Source: an uncultured bacterium (GTDB lineage Bacteria > Verrucomicrobiota > Verrucomicrobiia > Limisphaerales > UBA8199). From it: 64,000 nt of DNA. The position numbers were made by a program, and so were the translations under genes. Of the stretch, positions 50,901 through 61,850 are shown piece by piece (within the stretch, counting starts at the first letter, position 1; each line of letters opens with the position of its first letter). The stretch spans positions 832,001 to 896,000 of the forward strand of contig CAVVMW010000006.1 in NCBI GenBank assembly GCA_963749495.1, written 5' to 3'. The notes under the pieces are model-generated. The model searched no databases. It saw only the letters and a program-made list of their open reading frames with translations, and was not told the origin of the DNA.

Positions 50901-51082
50901 GAGGCCATGATCTCGGGGCTGGCCCCCGGCAAGCCCGCGCCGATCGTGATGGTCGGGAAATCGACCTGCGGCAGGGGCGAAACGGGCAGGAACCTGAACG
51001 CGACGGCGCCGGCCAGGGCGATCGCTGCCGTCAGCAGCGTCGTGCCCACCGGGCGCCGGACGAACGGGGCGGAGAGGTTCAA
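47955..51082 (-). CDS. mdtC: Multidrug RND permease MdtC (TTG start; frameshift near 50887)
   Basis: [16 protein letters not shown]...[52 protein letters not shown]. Confidence 0.88.
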
Positions 51083-51171
51083 CAGGGTTGGGGGGTTAAG
51101 GGGTTAAATGGGCGGAGCAACGCCCCGGCATAGCGCTTGCCGTCGGCGAGTTCTCGCGGTACACTCCTGCC

Positions 51172-51381
51172 ATGATTGACGTGCGAGCAGACAATGGCGT
51201 GGTCCGGCTCACCTTCCCGACCGATGGCATGACTACGGACGAGGTCAACGAATTCGTGAGCTGGCTGCGCCTGGAAAGCATTGCTTGTCGCAGCAGACTC
51301 ACCGAGGAAGCCGCCCGGCAACTGTCCGAGGAGATTAAGGCAGATTGGTGGCGCCAGAATGAGCGGCGTTTTGGCAAATAA
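51172..51381 (+). CDS. Small putative antitoxin
   Basis: 69-aa ORF (…RRSRLTEEAARQLSEEIKADWW-like) directly upstream of a PIN fragment. Confidence 0.5.
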   Translation: MIDVRADNGVVRLTFPTDGMTTDEVNEFVSWLRLESIACRSRLTEEAARQLSEEIKADWWRQNERRFGK

Positions 51382-51389
51382 GGCGACCT

Positions 51390-51500
51390 GTGGACCCCGC
51401 ACGCATCGTCGTCGACACCAACATCTTGTTCGCATCGCTGTTGCGCCACCAGGTCAGATCCCGACAGGTCTTGCTCTGCCGCGCAGGTTGCGTTTTCTAA
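51390..51500 (+). pseudogene. Truncated PIN-domain toxin
   Basis: VDPARIVVDTNILFASLLR... stops after 36 codons. Confidence 0.6.
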
Positions 51501-51562
51501 ATGTGATGAGCCCGGCAGCAGCGTGGTGGCTGCCGGGCGCCGGACAAAGGGGGCGGAAAGGT

Positions 51563-54500
51563 TCATGACGACGCTCCGGCGGGAGCGGCCTCCACGGTTC
51601 TTCGGGCACCGGCTCGCGACCTGGCCATCCTGAGGGCCAGGCGCTCGAAGAACAGGTAGATGACGGGTGTGGTGTACAACGTCAGCACCTGGCTGATGAG
51701 CAGCCCGCCCACGATGGCGATGCCCAGCGGACGGCGCAGTTCCGAGCCGGTCCCGCTGCCCAGCGCCAGGGGCAAGGCCCCCAGGAGCGCGGCCATGGTC
51801 GTCATCACGATGGGCCGAAAACGGAGCAGGCAGGCCTCGTAAATCGCCGCCGCCGGCTCCTTGCCTTCCTTGCGTTGGGCGTCCAGGGCGAAATCGATCA
51901 TCATGATGGCGTTCTTTTGCACGATGCCGATCAGCAGGATGATGCCGATCAGGGCCACGACGGTCAGCTCCAAGCCGCACACCAGCAGCGCCAGAATGGC
52001 CCCCACTCCCGCCGAGGGCAGCGTCGAGAGGATCGTGATGGGGTGGATGTAGCTCTCGTAGAGGACGCCCAGCACGATATAGACGGTGATCAGCGCGGCC
52101 AGGATGAGGAGCGGTTCGTTGCGCAGGGAGGCCTGGAAGGCCTGGGCCGTGCCCTGGAAGGCCGATTGAATGCTCAGCGGCATTTTGAGTTCGGTTTGCA
52201 CCTGCTCGACCGCCTTGGTGGCGCTCCCCAGGGAGGCCCCCGCGGCCAGGTTAAACGAAAAGGTGGTGACGGGAAACTGCCCCTGATGGTTCACCGAGAG
52301 CGGCGCCGTGCCCTGCTCCAAATGCGTGAACGCGCTGAGCGGCACCTCGCCGCCGCTGGCCGAGCGGATGTAAATATTCTGCAGTTTGGCCGGGCTCAGT
52401 TGGAAGTCCGGCATCGCTTCCAGGATCACGTGATACTGGTTCAACTGGGTGAAGAGGGTCGAGACCTGGCGTTGGCCGAAGGCGTCATAGAGGGTGTTGT
52501 CAATGGCCTGGGGCGTAATGCCGAGCCGGGAGGCGGTCCGGCGGTCGATGACCAGGCGTGTGGATGACCCCTCGGCTTGTTGGTCGGTGGCCACGTCGCG
52601 GAGTTGCGGCAGCCCCTTGAGCCGCTCCAGCAGCCGCGCGGTCCAACTGTTCAGCTCTTTGGCATCGGGGTCCTCCAGCGTGTACTGGAACTGCGTGCGG
52701 CTCACGCGATCCTCGACCGTCAGGTCCTGGATGGGCTGCATGTAAAGCGTGATGCCGTCCACCTCGGCCAGTTGGCTTTGCAGGCGGTGCATCACGGCCG
52801 TGGCGTCCAGAGTGCGCTCCTCCAGCGGTTTGAGGTTGATGAGGATGCGCCCGCTGTTCAGGGTGGTGTTGATGCCATCCACGCCGATAAAGGAGGAAAC
52901 GCTCTGGACCGCCGGGTCCTGGAGAATGACCCGGGCCAGGGCCTGTTGCTTTTGGGCCATGGCGGCAAAGGAGATGGTCTGCGGCGCCTCGGAGATGCCT
53001 TGAATGACGCCGGTGTCCTGCACGGGGAAAAAACCCTTGGGGACGACCACGTAGAGAAAGATGGTCAGCCCGAGCGTGCCCGCGGCAACGCACAACGTCG
53101 CCCCCTGGTGTTTGAGGATCCATCGCAGCGTCCTGCCATAAAAGCCGATGATCCGCTGGAGCACATGTTCGGAGACGCGGTAGAAACGTCCTCGCTCGGC
53201 GTCCGCTTTGTGGCGCAGCAGCCGGGCGCACATCATGGGGGTGAGCGTGAGCGAAACGACCGCCGAGATCAGGATCGTCGCCGCCAGGGTGATGGCGAAT
53301 TCCCGGAACAACCGCCCGACGATATCGGCCATGAAGAGCAGCGGAATCAAGACGGCAATGAGCGAAACGGTCAGTGACATGATCGTGAAGCCGATTTGCT
53401 CGGCGCCCTTGAGGGCGGCCTGGAGCGGAGGCTCTCCGGCCTCGACATAGCGCGCGATGTTCTCGATCATCACGATGGCGTCATCGACCACGAACCCGGT
53501 CGAGATCGTCAGCGCCATCAGCGTGAGATTGTTCAAGCTGTAGCCCAGGAGGTACATGGTGCCGAAGGTGCCGACCAGGGAAAGCGGCACCGCCACGCTC
53601 GGGATGACGGTCCCCGAGAAGGTCCGCAGGAACAAGAAGATCACCATGACCACCAGGACCACGCACAGCATCAGCGAGAATTGGACATCCCGCACCGAGG
53701 CCCGAATCGTCGTGGTGCGGTCGGTCAGCACGGACACCGCGATGCCGGCCGGGAGCGTGGTCTTGAGTTGGGGCAAGCGGGCCTTGATGCGGTCCACGAC
53801 CTGGATGATATTGGCGCCCGGTTGGCGCTGGATGTTCAGAATGACCGCCGGGGTGTTGTTCATCCAGGCGGCCTGTTTGACGTTCTCGACGTCGTCAATC
53901 ACGGTCGCCACGTCCGCCAGGACCACCGGCGCGCCGTTGCGGTAAGCGATGATGACCGCGCGGTAATCCTGGCTGGTCAGGAGTTGGTCGTTGCCGTTGA
54001 TTTGATAGGCTTGGCGGGCCCCGTCGAAGTTGCCCTTGGCCTGGTTGAGGCTGGTCTGCTGCAGGGCGGTGCGCACTTCCTCCAGCGTGATCCCCATGGC
54101 GGAGAGGGCCGTCGGATTGACCTGGACCCGCACCGCTGGCTTCTGGCCCCCGCTGATGCTGACCAGCCCCACCCCGGGCAACTGTGAGATTTTCTGGGCC
54201 AGCCGCGTGTCCGCCAGGTCCTCGACCTGGGACAAGGGAACGGATTTTGAGGTCAGCGCCAGAGTCAGGATGGGGGCATCGGCGGGGTTGGATTTGCTGT
54301 AAATGGGCGGGGCGGGCAGATCGGGGGGCAGATAGGTCTGTGCGGCATTGATAGCGGCCTGGACCTCCTGCTCGGCAACGTCAATGTTGAGGTTGAGCAC
54401 GAACTGCAGGACGATGACCGAGCAGCCGCCGGAGCTGGTCGAGGTCATCTGGTTGAGGCCCGGCACCTGGCCGAACTGGCGCTCCAGCGGCGCGGTGACC

Positions 54501-54685
54501 GCCGAGGCCACGACATCCGGGCTTGCCCCGGGGTAGAAGGTCACGACCTGGATTGTGGGATAATCCACCTCCGGCAACGCGGAGACGGGCAGTTGTTTGT
54601 AGGCCACCGCGCCGGCCAGCAAAATCGCCGCCATCAACAGCGACGTCGCCACCGGCCGGAGGATAAAGGGGCGCGAAGGGCTCAT
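51563..54685 (-). CDS. mdtB: Multidrug RND permease MdtB
   Basis: [18 protein letters not shown]...[16 protein letters not shown]...[15 protein letters not shown]. Confidence 0.92.
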   Translation of the reverse strand: MSPSRPFILRPVATSLLMAAILLAGAVAYKQLPVSALPEVDYPTIQVVTFYPGASPDVVASAVTAPLERQFGQVPGLNQMTSTSSGGCSVIVLQFVLNLNIDVAEQEVQAAINAAQTYLPPDLPAPPIYSKSNPADAPILTLALTSKSVPLSQVEDLADTRLAQKISQLPGVGLVSISGGQKPAVRVQVNPTALSAMGITLEEVRTALQQTSLNQAKGNFDGARQAYQINGNDQLLTSQDYRAVIIAYRNGAPVVLADVATVIDDVENVKQAAWMNNTPAVILNIQRQPGANIIQVVDRIKARLPQLKTTLPAGIAVSVLTDRTTTIRASVRDVQFSLMLCVVLVVMVIFLFLRTFSGTVIPSVAVPLSLVGTFGTMYLLGYSLNNLTLMALTISTGFVVDDAIVMIENIARYVEAGEPPLQAALKGAEQIGFTIMSLTVSLIAVLIPLLFMADIVGRLFREFAITLAATILISAVVSLTLTPMMCARLLRHKADAERGRFYRVSEHVLQRIIGFYGRTLRWILKHQGATLCVAAGTLGLTIFLYVVVPKGFFPVQDTGVIQGISEAPQTISFAAMAQKQQALARVILQDPAVQSVSSFIGVDGINTTLNSGRILINLKPLEERTLDATAVMHRLQSQLAEVDGITLYMQPIQDLTVEDRVSRTQFQYTLEDPDAKELNSWTARLLERLKGLPQLRDVATDQQAEGSSTRLVIDRRTASRLGITPQAIDNTLYDAFGQRQVSTLFTQLNQYHVILEAMPDFQLSPAKLQNIYIRSASGGEVPLSAFTHLEQGTAPLSVNHQGQFPVTTFSFNLAAGASLGSATKAVEQVQTELKMPLSIQSAFQGTAQAFQASLRNEPLLILAALITVYIVLGVLYESYIHPITILSTLPSAGVGAILALLVCGLELTVVALIGIILLIGIVQKNAIMMIDFALDAQRKEGKEPAAAIYEACLLRFRPIVMTTMAALLGALPLALGSGTGSELRRPLGIAIVGGLLISQVLTLYTTPVIYLFFERLALRMARSRAGARRTVEAAPAGASS

Positions 54686-55983
54686 TTGGGCTTCTGTCCC
54701 TGGCTGTCTCGGGGCATCTCCAGCGCCAGCTTGGCGCTCTTGCCACTGCCCGGCTTGGACGGTTCCGCCGGCTTGCTCACCGCCACTTTCGCGCCCTCCA
54801 TGAGCCGGTTGAAATTGTCCGTTGCGATGACCTCACCCGGCTCGACGCCGCCCACGGCGGTCATCGTCTCATTGGCTGCGCCCAGCGAGACGGGCCGCAT
54901 CGTGACGGTCTGGTTGGTCTGAATGACGTACACGAAGGGCCCCTGGGGGTTGCGCTGGATGGCCTCGGTCCGAACCAGCGTCGCGTCATGTTCCGTCCGG
55001 AGAATCAGTCTCACCCGGACGAACTGGTTGGGGAAAAGACAATTGTCCTCGTTGGTGAACATCGCCTTGATCTTGAACGTCCCGGTGCCCACATCGACCT
55101 GGTTGTCGGGCGTCAGGACCGTCCCCGTGGCGATCTTCTTTTTCTGGTCACGATCATAGGCCTCGACTGAAAGTTTTTGGCCCTGGCGCAAAGGCTCCAG
55201 GACTTGGGGCAGATCGTCCTGGCGGACGCTGAACACCACGGTGATGGGCTGGAGCTGTGTGATCACGGCCAGGGGATTGGTATCGGTGGCATGGACAATG
55301 TTGCCCGGGTCCACCAGGCGGAATCCGACCCGTCCGGAGATGGGGGCGTTGATGTGGGAGTAGGTCACTTGCAGCTTGGCGTTATCTACCTGGCCCTGGT
55401 CGAGCTTCACGATCCCTTCGTATTGATGGACGGTGGCCTTTTGAGTATCGAGCTGCTGCTTGGGGATCGACTTTTCGGCCTCGCTGTAAGACTTCTGGTA
55501 GCGATCCAAATCGAGCCACGCATTTGTCAGCAGGGCCTGGTCTCGGGCCAACTGCCCTTCGGCCTGAGTTAGCTGGGCTTGGTAGGGACGTGGATCAATC
55601 TCCACAAGCGGATCGCCCTCGCGAACCATTTGGCCCTCGACGTAGCTCACGCTCATGAGCTGCCCATCCACCCGGCTCTTGACCTGCGCCGTATAGACCG
55701 GGATCACCGTGCCTATCAACGCATCGAGGTAAACCCCCATGTCCCCTTTTTGCACGACCGCCGCGGGCACCTGCACGGCGGGCAGGGTGGCCCCGGCTTT
55801 GGCTCGGTTTGCCTGGGCAGCGGGTCCGTGGTGAAGCAGAAGAAGGGCGATGACAGCCAGGGCTAGGCACACAATGAAGGCCAAGGCCCAGCGGGGCCGC
55901 TTGGCGGGGGCAGATGGCCCCGAGACCGAACCGGGCGGGCCTTCGGATTTTGCCGCGTTTGGTTTCAATTCAGGATTGTTCAA
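54682..55983 (-). CDS. mdtA: RND periplasmic adaptor MdtA
   Basis: TM anchor; VKSRVDGQL...[35 protein letters not shown]...LFPNQFV. Confidence 0.9.
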   Translation of the reverse strand: MNNPELKPNAAKSEGPPGSVSGPSAPAKRPRWALAFIVCLALAVIALLLLHHGPAAQANRAKAGATLPAVQVPAAVVQKGDMGVYLDALIGTVIPVYTAQVKSRVDGQLMSVSYVEGQMVREGDPLVEIDPRPYQAQLTQAEGQLARDQALLTNAWLDLDRYQKSYSEAEKSIPKQQLDTQKATVHQYEGIVKLDQGQVDNAKLQVTYSHINAPISGRVGFRLVDPGNIVHATDTNPLAVITQLQPITVVFSVRQDDLPQVLEPLRQGQKLSVEAYDRDQKKKIATGTVLTPDNQVDVGTGTFKIKAMFTNEDNCLFPNQFVRVRLILRTEHDATLVRTEAIQRNPQGPFVYVIQTNQTVTMRPVSLGAANETMTAVGGVEPGEVIATDNFNRLMEGAKVAVSKPAEPSKPGSGKSAKLALEMPRDSQGQKPK

Positions 55984-56389
55984 TGGAATCGCTCCTTGTT
56001 CCTCTGCAGTGTGAGTGGTAAAGCGGCAATCGCCCCCATTTCTCCCCCAGGAGCACTTTGGGCTGTTGGCCAGTCATCCTCATGAGCCGCTGCTGCGCAT
56101 CTGCCTGTCGTTGTGTTCAGACCCTCCCCGAACCGCATGGGTTCCGGCGATGTGATGGAGCCGCAGATGACCGGGATGGACCAAGCCAGATGCGGGATGA
56201 AAACCCGGCCGGGAAAACGGAGAGCAACCACGAGTTCATAATTCGTTGGCCCACAGGGTTAACCCAAAAGGGCGCGGTTTGTAAAGCCCCGACTCTCGGA
56301 TCTGGCGCTGAGGGGTGTATCTCGTCAGTACCACCACCTCCGGTCAGGACCGGCGGCTCGCAGCCGAGCCCCAGCACACGCTCGGGGCA

Positions 56390-56610
56390 ACCCGGAGGGT
56401 TGCCAGATGGTAGCCGGGGGTCGCGGCTCGCCGCGACCCCCGGTTTGCGGCCAAAAGGGGCCTGCACCCCGGAACGGGGTGCCAGAACGTTGCACACCTG
56501 GCGCAGGCGGCCTTCTGGCATCCCTCCGGGATGCACACCCACACTGCCGCCGAACCGGGGGTCTCGCTGCGGCTCGACCCCCGGCTACCATCTGTCATCC
56601 CTCCGGGATG
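56390..56610. repeat. REP-like inverted multi-hairpin pair (family of 34008-34225)
   Basis: CAACCCGGAGGGTTGCCAGATGGTAGCCGGGGGTCG...CGACCCCCGGCTACCATCTGTCATCCCTCCGGGATG. Confidence 0.7.
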
Positions 56611-56735
56611 AGTTCCTGGGCCATGGGCACTCGCCCTCACTCATGGCTCGCATGGTGGTACTGACGAGGATGCACCCCCCCCCGATGCCTATTGCAGGAT
56701 TGACTTCAATCTCCGCTTTGGTAGTACCTTTGGGT

Positions 56736-57005
56736 ATGACAAAATCGGTTACAGTCAGTGTCAAGATCCCTGCGCGGATTTTGGAGCACATCCCGCCACC
56801 TGGACATGGACGCAGCGGCTTCATTGTGCGCGCCATCGAGGAGAAGCTGGCTCGAAAAGAAACCGCGCCATGGGAACCAACGACGGCGTGCGGGCGCAGG
56901 CTGGCAGCGCTGCTGGAAAAAGGCAAACACGAGCGCGGCCCGGACTTGACTCTGGAAGAACTGGAAGCTGAGATTCGAGAGCGGCGTGGAGGTGTCCGAT
57001 GGTGA
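56736..57005 (+). CDS. Putative RHH-type antitoxin
   Basis: MTKSVTVSVKIPARILE...GRSGFIVRAIEEKL; overlaps the PIN gene start. Confidence 0.65.
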   Translation: MTKSVTVSVKIPARILEHIPPPGHGRSGFIVRAIEEKLARKETAPWEPTTACGRRLAALLEKGKHERGPDLTLEELEAEIRERRGGVRW

Positions 57006-57397
57006 CTTACCTGGACAGCGGCGTTTTGCTTGCCGCGTGGAAGAATGCGGAATTGCGCCCGGCCGCCCTGCGCGTCCTTGAAGATTCGGAGCGCGAGTTC
57101 GCCACCTCGCAACTGGCAAAACTCGAATTGCTGCCCAAGCCGGCTTTTGAGAAGCGCCCTGTTGAGACGGCCTTTTACCAATCCCACTTCGCGGAAGCCG
57201 CGTTGCAACCGCTCGACGAACAATTGGGCGACGACGCGCAGGCCCTCGCCGAAAAATACGGCCTTGCCGCCGTGGATGCGCTTCACATTGCCGCCGCTCT
57301 GCGGTTGGGAGCCCAAGAATTCTACACCTCCGAGAAACCTGGCAAACCGATGTTCCGTGTGAAGGAGTTGAAAGTCATTTCGCTCCACTCACTCTAA
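56999..57397 (+). CDS. PIN-domain (VapC-like) toxin
   Basis: TYLDSGVLLAA...LELLPKP...GLAAVDALHIAAA...FYTSE. Confidence 0.8.
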   Translation: MVTYLDSGVLLAAWKNAELRPAALRVLEDSEREFATSQLAKLELLPKPAFEKRPVETAFYQSHFAEAALQPLDEQLGDDAQALAEKYGLAAVDALHIAAALRLGAQEFYTSEKPGKPMFRVKELKVISLHSL

Positions 57398-57443
57398 GGC
57401 TCTCTCGCTTGATTGTCCCGCTCTCCTGTCCGAGCGGTTTCTC

Positions 57444-57635
57444 ATGACTGATGACCGGAAAGAAGATGTGGATTCCTTGCCGGAGGCTCCTCCGGCCCCG
57501 GATCCGGCGGCGCGCCCGCTCCAGGGAGAACCCTGGCGCTGGTGCCCCCGTTGCGGCCACGAGCTGCAGAATCAGAAATGCCACCTGCGCTGCCCCCGCT
57601 GCCACTACTTCCTCAGTTGCTCGGATTTTGACTGA
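57444..57635 (+). CDS. Small CPxCG-type zinc-finger protein
   Basis: WCPRCGHELQNQKCHLRCPRCHYFLSCSDFD. Confidence 0.65.
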   Translation: MTDDRKEDVDSLPEAPPAPDPAARPLQGEPWRWCPRCGHELQNQKCHLRCPRCHYFLSCSDFD

Positions 57636-57658
57636 GCGCAACGGCCAATCCAGATACA

Positions 57659-57852
57659 AACTGGCACAGCCCCGATCGATGCCGCCGCATCAGGCCGCCT
57701 CTTCGTTTCCTCCGTTTCCTTCTGTTCTGTTCCTGTGCCCAGCCGACGGGATGCAGGAAAGGAACAGAAGGAAACGGAGGAAACGAAGGATTGAAGAGCC
57801 AGATCAACTCTGGGAGCTACGACCTGCGGGTCCAAGAAGAATTCTGTCTCAC
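57659..57852 (-). repeat. ~195-bp dispersed repeat, copy 2
   Basis: Approximate reverse complement of 27533-27726. Confidence 0.75.
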
Positions 57853-57944
57853 GCCCCCTTGCCGGCGCCGCTCGTGCCGGCATCCACCTGACAACCCGGC
57901 CGGTTTCGTGTAGATTCCGGTGTAACGGAAATCGCAGATTCAAG

Positions 57945-58874
57945 ATGAAGACCGCCGTGACCGGGGCGTTTGGCTACTCAGGCCGCTGTATTGCCGAGCG
58001 ATTGCTCGACGAAGGCCACGAGGTCATAACACTGACCAACTCCTTGGGGCGGGAGAACCCGTTCGGCGACACGGTCCGGGCGTTTCCTTTTCATTTCGCA
58101 GAGCCCGGCCGGTTGCGCGAGTCGCTTCGGGGCGTGGACGTGCTGTTCAATACGTATTGGGTGCGGTTCGAGCACCGGCTCTTCTCGCACAGTGAAGCGG
58201 TGCGCAACACGAAGGTCCTGTTCCACGCCGCACAGGAGGCGGGAGTGCGGCGGATCGTTCACCTCAGCATCACCAACCCGGACCTCAAGTCGGACCTGTC
58301 CTATTTCCGGGGCAAGGCCGAGGTGGAGTTGGCGCTCAAGGCCCTGGGCGTCTCCTATTTCATCCTGCGCCCGGCCGTCCTGTTTGGGAAGGAGGACGTC
58401 CTGATCAACAACATCGCCTGGTCCCTCCGCCATCTGCCGGTCTTCGCCGTCTTCGGCTCCGGAGACTATAAGCTCCAGCCGATCCATGTGGATGACCTGG
58501 CGGCGGCGGCGGTTGAAAAGGCAATGGGTGGGGCGGATGAAATCGTCAACGCCATTGGGCCTGAGACCTTCACCTACAGGGAACTGGCGAAGACGGTCCG
58601 GCGGGCGCTGGGCCTCAAACGGCTGATCGTCGGCGTCCCTCCCGCCCTGGGGTATTGGGGCGGACGGGCCCTGGGGCTGCTCGTGCGAGACGTCGTCCTC
58701 ACGCGCCAGGAGATCCGCGGCCTGATGGAAGGCCGGCTCTGCGTGGACGCCCCGCCCCTGGGCGCCACCCGGCTGACCGCCTGGCTGGACGAGCACCGCG
58801 CCACGCTCGGCCGCCACTACGCCAACGAACTGGCCCGCCGCACCAGCCAGACCGCAGGCTACCGAGCCTATTGA
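57945..58874 (+). CDS. NAD-dependent epimerase/dehydratase (atypical SDR)
   Basis: AVTGAFGYSG; YFRGK (YxxxK); LRPAVLFG; LQPIHVDD. Confidence 0.85.
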   Translation: MKTAVTGAFGYSGRCIAERLLDEGHEVITLTNSLGRENPFGDTVRAFPFHFAEPGRLRESLRGVDVLFNTYWVRFEHRLFSHSEAVRNTKVLFHAAQEAGVRRIVHLSITNPDLKSDLSYFRGKAEVELALKALGVSYFILRPAVLFGKEDVLINNIAWSLRHLPVFAVFGSGDYKLQPIHVDDLAAAAVEKAMGGADEIVNAIGPETFTYRELAKTVRRALGLKRLIVGVPPALGYWGGRALGLLVRDVVLTRQEIRGLMEGRLCVDAPPLGATRLTAWLDEHRATLGRHYANELARRTSQTAGYRAY

Positions 58875-59022
58875 GGTTCAATGACCCTCAGGCCCGGCAC
58901 GGCGCCAAAGATCAGATCATCAGATTCTATGCGGTCGTCAAGACAACCGGCGGGACTTCGCGACTTTGGCTGCGCGCGCCGAGGAGGCGGAGGTATGTGC
59001 CCGGGCTCGGACCGGGCGCCGC

Positions 59023-59586
59023 TCACACGGCCACACCCTCGTAAACGGCCTTGAGCGGCAGCTTGAAATCCAAGGACGCCAACCGCAGGACTTCATCCGG
59101 CCCTCGCAGGATGGCCGGTTGCCAGCGGTCCGCGCGCCGGAAGACGCTCACCTCCATTCTCTCCTGGGCCACCAGGACATATTCCTCCAGGGTCTCGATT
59201 TGCCGATAGCTGAGGAATTTCTCGCGGCGATCGATGGCCTCGGTGCCCTCGGACAACACCTCGATAATGACTTTGGGAAGGCGCTTAAAGTAGCGGTCCT
59301 GATCGCGCGGGTCACAGGCCACCATCACGTCCGGGTAATAAAAAACGTCCTCGCCCGCCAACTGCAGACGGACCTTGCCATCCGACATTTGGACCCGGCA
59401 AGCCGTGTTTCGGAGATGATTGCGCAGCGCGAAGGCAAGATTCATCGCGAGGGCGATGTGTTCATCGCTGGCGCCGGCCATCGCATAGACCAAACCCCCG
59501 AGGTATTCGTGGCGCACCTCGCTGTACTGCTCGGCGGCCAAGTAATCCTCGACGCTCATCCCTTCGGCCCGTCGCACGGCTTCCAT
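59023..59586 (-). CDS. Uma2-family endonuclease
   Basis: SVEDYL..E..SEVRHEY..G.VYAMAGAS..H; YPDVMV; IEVLS..T...DRREK...Y. Confidence 0.88.
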   Translation of the reverse strand: MEAVRRAEGMSVEDYLAAEQYSEVRHEYLGGLVYAMAGASDEHIALAMNLAFALRNHLRNTACRVQMSDGKVRLQLAGEDVFYYPDVMVACDPRDQDRYFKRLPKVIIEVLSEGTEAIDRREKFLSYRQIETLEEYVLVAQERMEVSVFRRADRWQPAILRGPDEVLRLASLDFKLPLKAVYEGVAV

Positions 59587-59684
59587 TCGCGCAATCATCG
59601 CCCATCCGCATGCCCTTGACAAGGGATGTTTCTTGCACAGCCCTTAGTACCGGGCGGACCACCCGGCAAACGCCATGACGGGCC

Positions 59685-61133
59685 TCACTGGTCCTTGTCT
59701 TTCTCCTTGTTCTGCCGTTCAGCCTTGATTTCCTGTGCCTTGGCCTTTGCCTTGGCGATAGCCGGGAGTGCGACCGCCGCGGCAATGGCAGCCGGGGCAA
59801 CCGAGGCCGCCAGGAGCACTTTGGCCGGGTGCTGATTGCCGTTGCCCACCAGGAGCCAACCCTGGTCGGTATTGCCCCAGACATCATAGCAGCAGGACAC
59901 GTTGGCCGAGGTCAAGAAGGAGTGGAGCCACGCTCTCTGTTTGTCGTCCGCATTGCCCGCGGCGCTCAAGGCGCGGCTTTGGAGCATGCCGACGGTTTCT
60001 CCCAGGCGCCGGCTGATGAAGCAGAACTTGTTGCCCTGGTCCGGGACACCCTGGGCCAAGTGGAGGAATTCCGGGGTGGATTTGAGCCCGGGCTTTTGGC
60101 CGGCCTGGACGGCCAGCGCCTCCTCGATGAGGGTGTCGGTGGTCGCGACAAGGAGGCAATCGCCGGTGCGGGCGATGCTGGGGCGCAACGGCAGGGGCAG
60201 CGGCAGCGGGATGGACACCGTGCGCATCTTGAGGCCGGGCCTGTCGGTTGACTCGACTTGCTGGCCCGAGTCCTTGAGGGCCTTGTCCACGCGGTCGAAG
60301 ATCGTGTTGTCTTTGACCTTCAGGACGAGCATCAGGCCCGGTTCGGGGATTTCCAGGGGCTCGGGCAGGGGGACCGGGAGGGTGAGTTTCTTGGTCTGGT
60401 CCAGAGTGAAAACCAGGCCGTATTCGCCGCCGAGCGAGGCGAGCACCTGGTCCCACTGCAGACCTGTAGCCATCTGAAAACCGTCCGACACGTGCCTGAG
60501 CAACTCCTCGGCCTGGGGGAATCCCGACTGGGCGGCCTCCTTCTCGATGGCGGACCAAACCATGGCCAGGTCGCAGTCCGAGAAGGCGGCCAGCACCGTG
60601 TTTGTGGGGAGCAGGCCCAGGCCCGACAGGGGATGCACCGTCTTGCCGAAGGCCGTCCAGAGGAAACCGGAGCCCTTGCCCTTGTAATGGTGCAACAGCA
60701 GCTTGCCGTGGTAGAGGTTGGTCTCCAGGGCGACGGAGTTCATGCCCAGCCCGCTGATGTCCTCGATGCCGCTGTGCTTGATCACGCGCGTGGCGATGTC
60801 GAAGCCCTTGTTGATGTTCTCACGGCTCTCGGATGTGACGTTGGGCATGGCCCCGAATAGGTTGCGCAAGCCGGAGATCTTGCCGGAAATGCCCTCGAGC
60901 AGTTTTTCGGTGCTCAAATAGAAATAAAAGTCGCCGCCCGGGTCCAGTTGGGCAGTGACCTCCTGGAAGCTGTTCTTGTCGGCCGAGGCCAGCTTCTCGG
61001 CCGCCTGGCCTTGCTGGCCGCTCAAGACTGCCGAGCCGAGCAGGACAGCCGCGAGGAGAACACCGACCGCCAAGCGGTTTCTTGACGGTTTATCCGTGGG
61101 AGAAGATTGATTATCTGTTTTCATAGGGCTCAT
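59685..61133 (-). CDS. Exported hypothetical protein with C-terminal pilin-like helix
   Basis: N-terminal hydrophobic signal; C-terminus AAIAAAVALPAIAKAKAKAQ. Confidence 0.7.
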   Translation of the reverse strand: MSPMKTDNQSSPTDKPSRNRLAVGVLLAAVLLGSAVLSGQQGQAAEKLASADKNSFQEVTAQLDPGGDFYFYLSTEKLLEGISGKISGLRNLFGAMPNVTSESRENINKGFDIATRVIKHSGIEDISGLGMNSVALETNLYHGKLLLHHYKGKGSGFLWTAFGKTVHPLSGLGLLPTNTVLAAFSDCDLAMVWSAIEKEAAQSGFPQAEELLRHVSDGFQMATGLQWDQVLASLGGEYGLVFTLDQTKKLTLPVPLPEPLEIPEPGLMLVLKVKDNTIFDRVDKALKDSGQQVESTDRPGLKMRTVSIPLPLPLPLRPSIARTGDCLLVATTDTLIEEALAVQAGQKPGLKSTPEFLHLAQGVPDQGNKFCFISRRLGETVGMLQSRALSAAGNADDKQRAWLHSFLTSANVSCCYDVWGNTDQGWLLVGNGNQHPAKVLLAASVAPAAIAAAVALPAIAKAKAKAQEIKAERQNKEKDKDQ

Positions 61134-61277
61134 GTTTGGCAACGTTTCGGCCATGATAGACGCAGGCGGCACAGGGTCAATGTCAGAGTCGCTATAAATT
61201 GGCCGGCTGTTTGGAATGAGGCGGGGCGCAGAAGCGGCAGCGCCTCAGTGAAGGCGCGAGCGCCATCGCGGGGAGGC

Positions 61278-61546
61278 CCCTCACCCCAACCCTCTCCCCA
61301 CCCGCTGCGACGGCGCGGCAGCGCGGCGAGTCGGATGGGGAGAGGGCGAATTCCGGGCGGCGGCTTGAAGATGCGGAGGCGCCTGGAAAATCCAGGGACT
61401 GCCGCTGCTTCTCCCTCTCCCCTTCGGAAGGGGAGAGGGCGAATTCCGGGCGGCGGCTTGAAGATGCGGAGACGCCTGGAAATTCCAGGGACTGCCGCCG
61501 CTTCTCCCTCTCCCCTTCGGAAGGGGAGAGGGTCGGGGTGAGGGGC
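61278..61546. repeat. CCCTCACCCC..CCCTCTCCC / GGGAGAGGG REP-like array with ~95-bp tandem duplication
   Basis: GGGAGAGGGCGAATTCCGGGCGGCGGCTTGAAGATGCGGAG... repeated twice. Confidence 0.8.
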
Positions 61547-61850
61547 CCGCCGGGGACTCCGTCTCCGACCTCACTGGTCCGTTGCCAGAAGCGAGCTTCA
61601 CAATTTGAGGTTTCGATTTACACTCCGGCCATGAAGCACATTCGATATTTCCTGGCTCTTGCCGCAATGGCGGCCGCTGTGGCCTCGACGGTGCCCGGGT
61701 CCCCGTCCCGCTGGAGCAAAGGGGGTCTCCGTGACGCCGCAGTCCTCGTTGCGTTGCGGGTCCTGGAAGCAACCCCTCCGACCTCGCCCAAGCCCCCGTG
61801 AATGGCTCCAGAGGGTGGGTGCCACGCGGGCAAATCAGCCCCGCAGCACG

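Noticed and set aside
13490..51082. Widespread pseudogenisation (frameshifts in asd, mdtC, OMF, lectin, CotH and other large genes)
   Set aside because: These are single-base indels, often at homopolymers, with intact sequence on both sides, and one hits the normally essential asd. Long-read assembly error is the simplest explanation.
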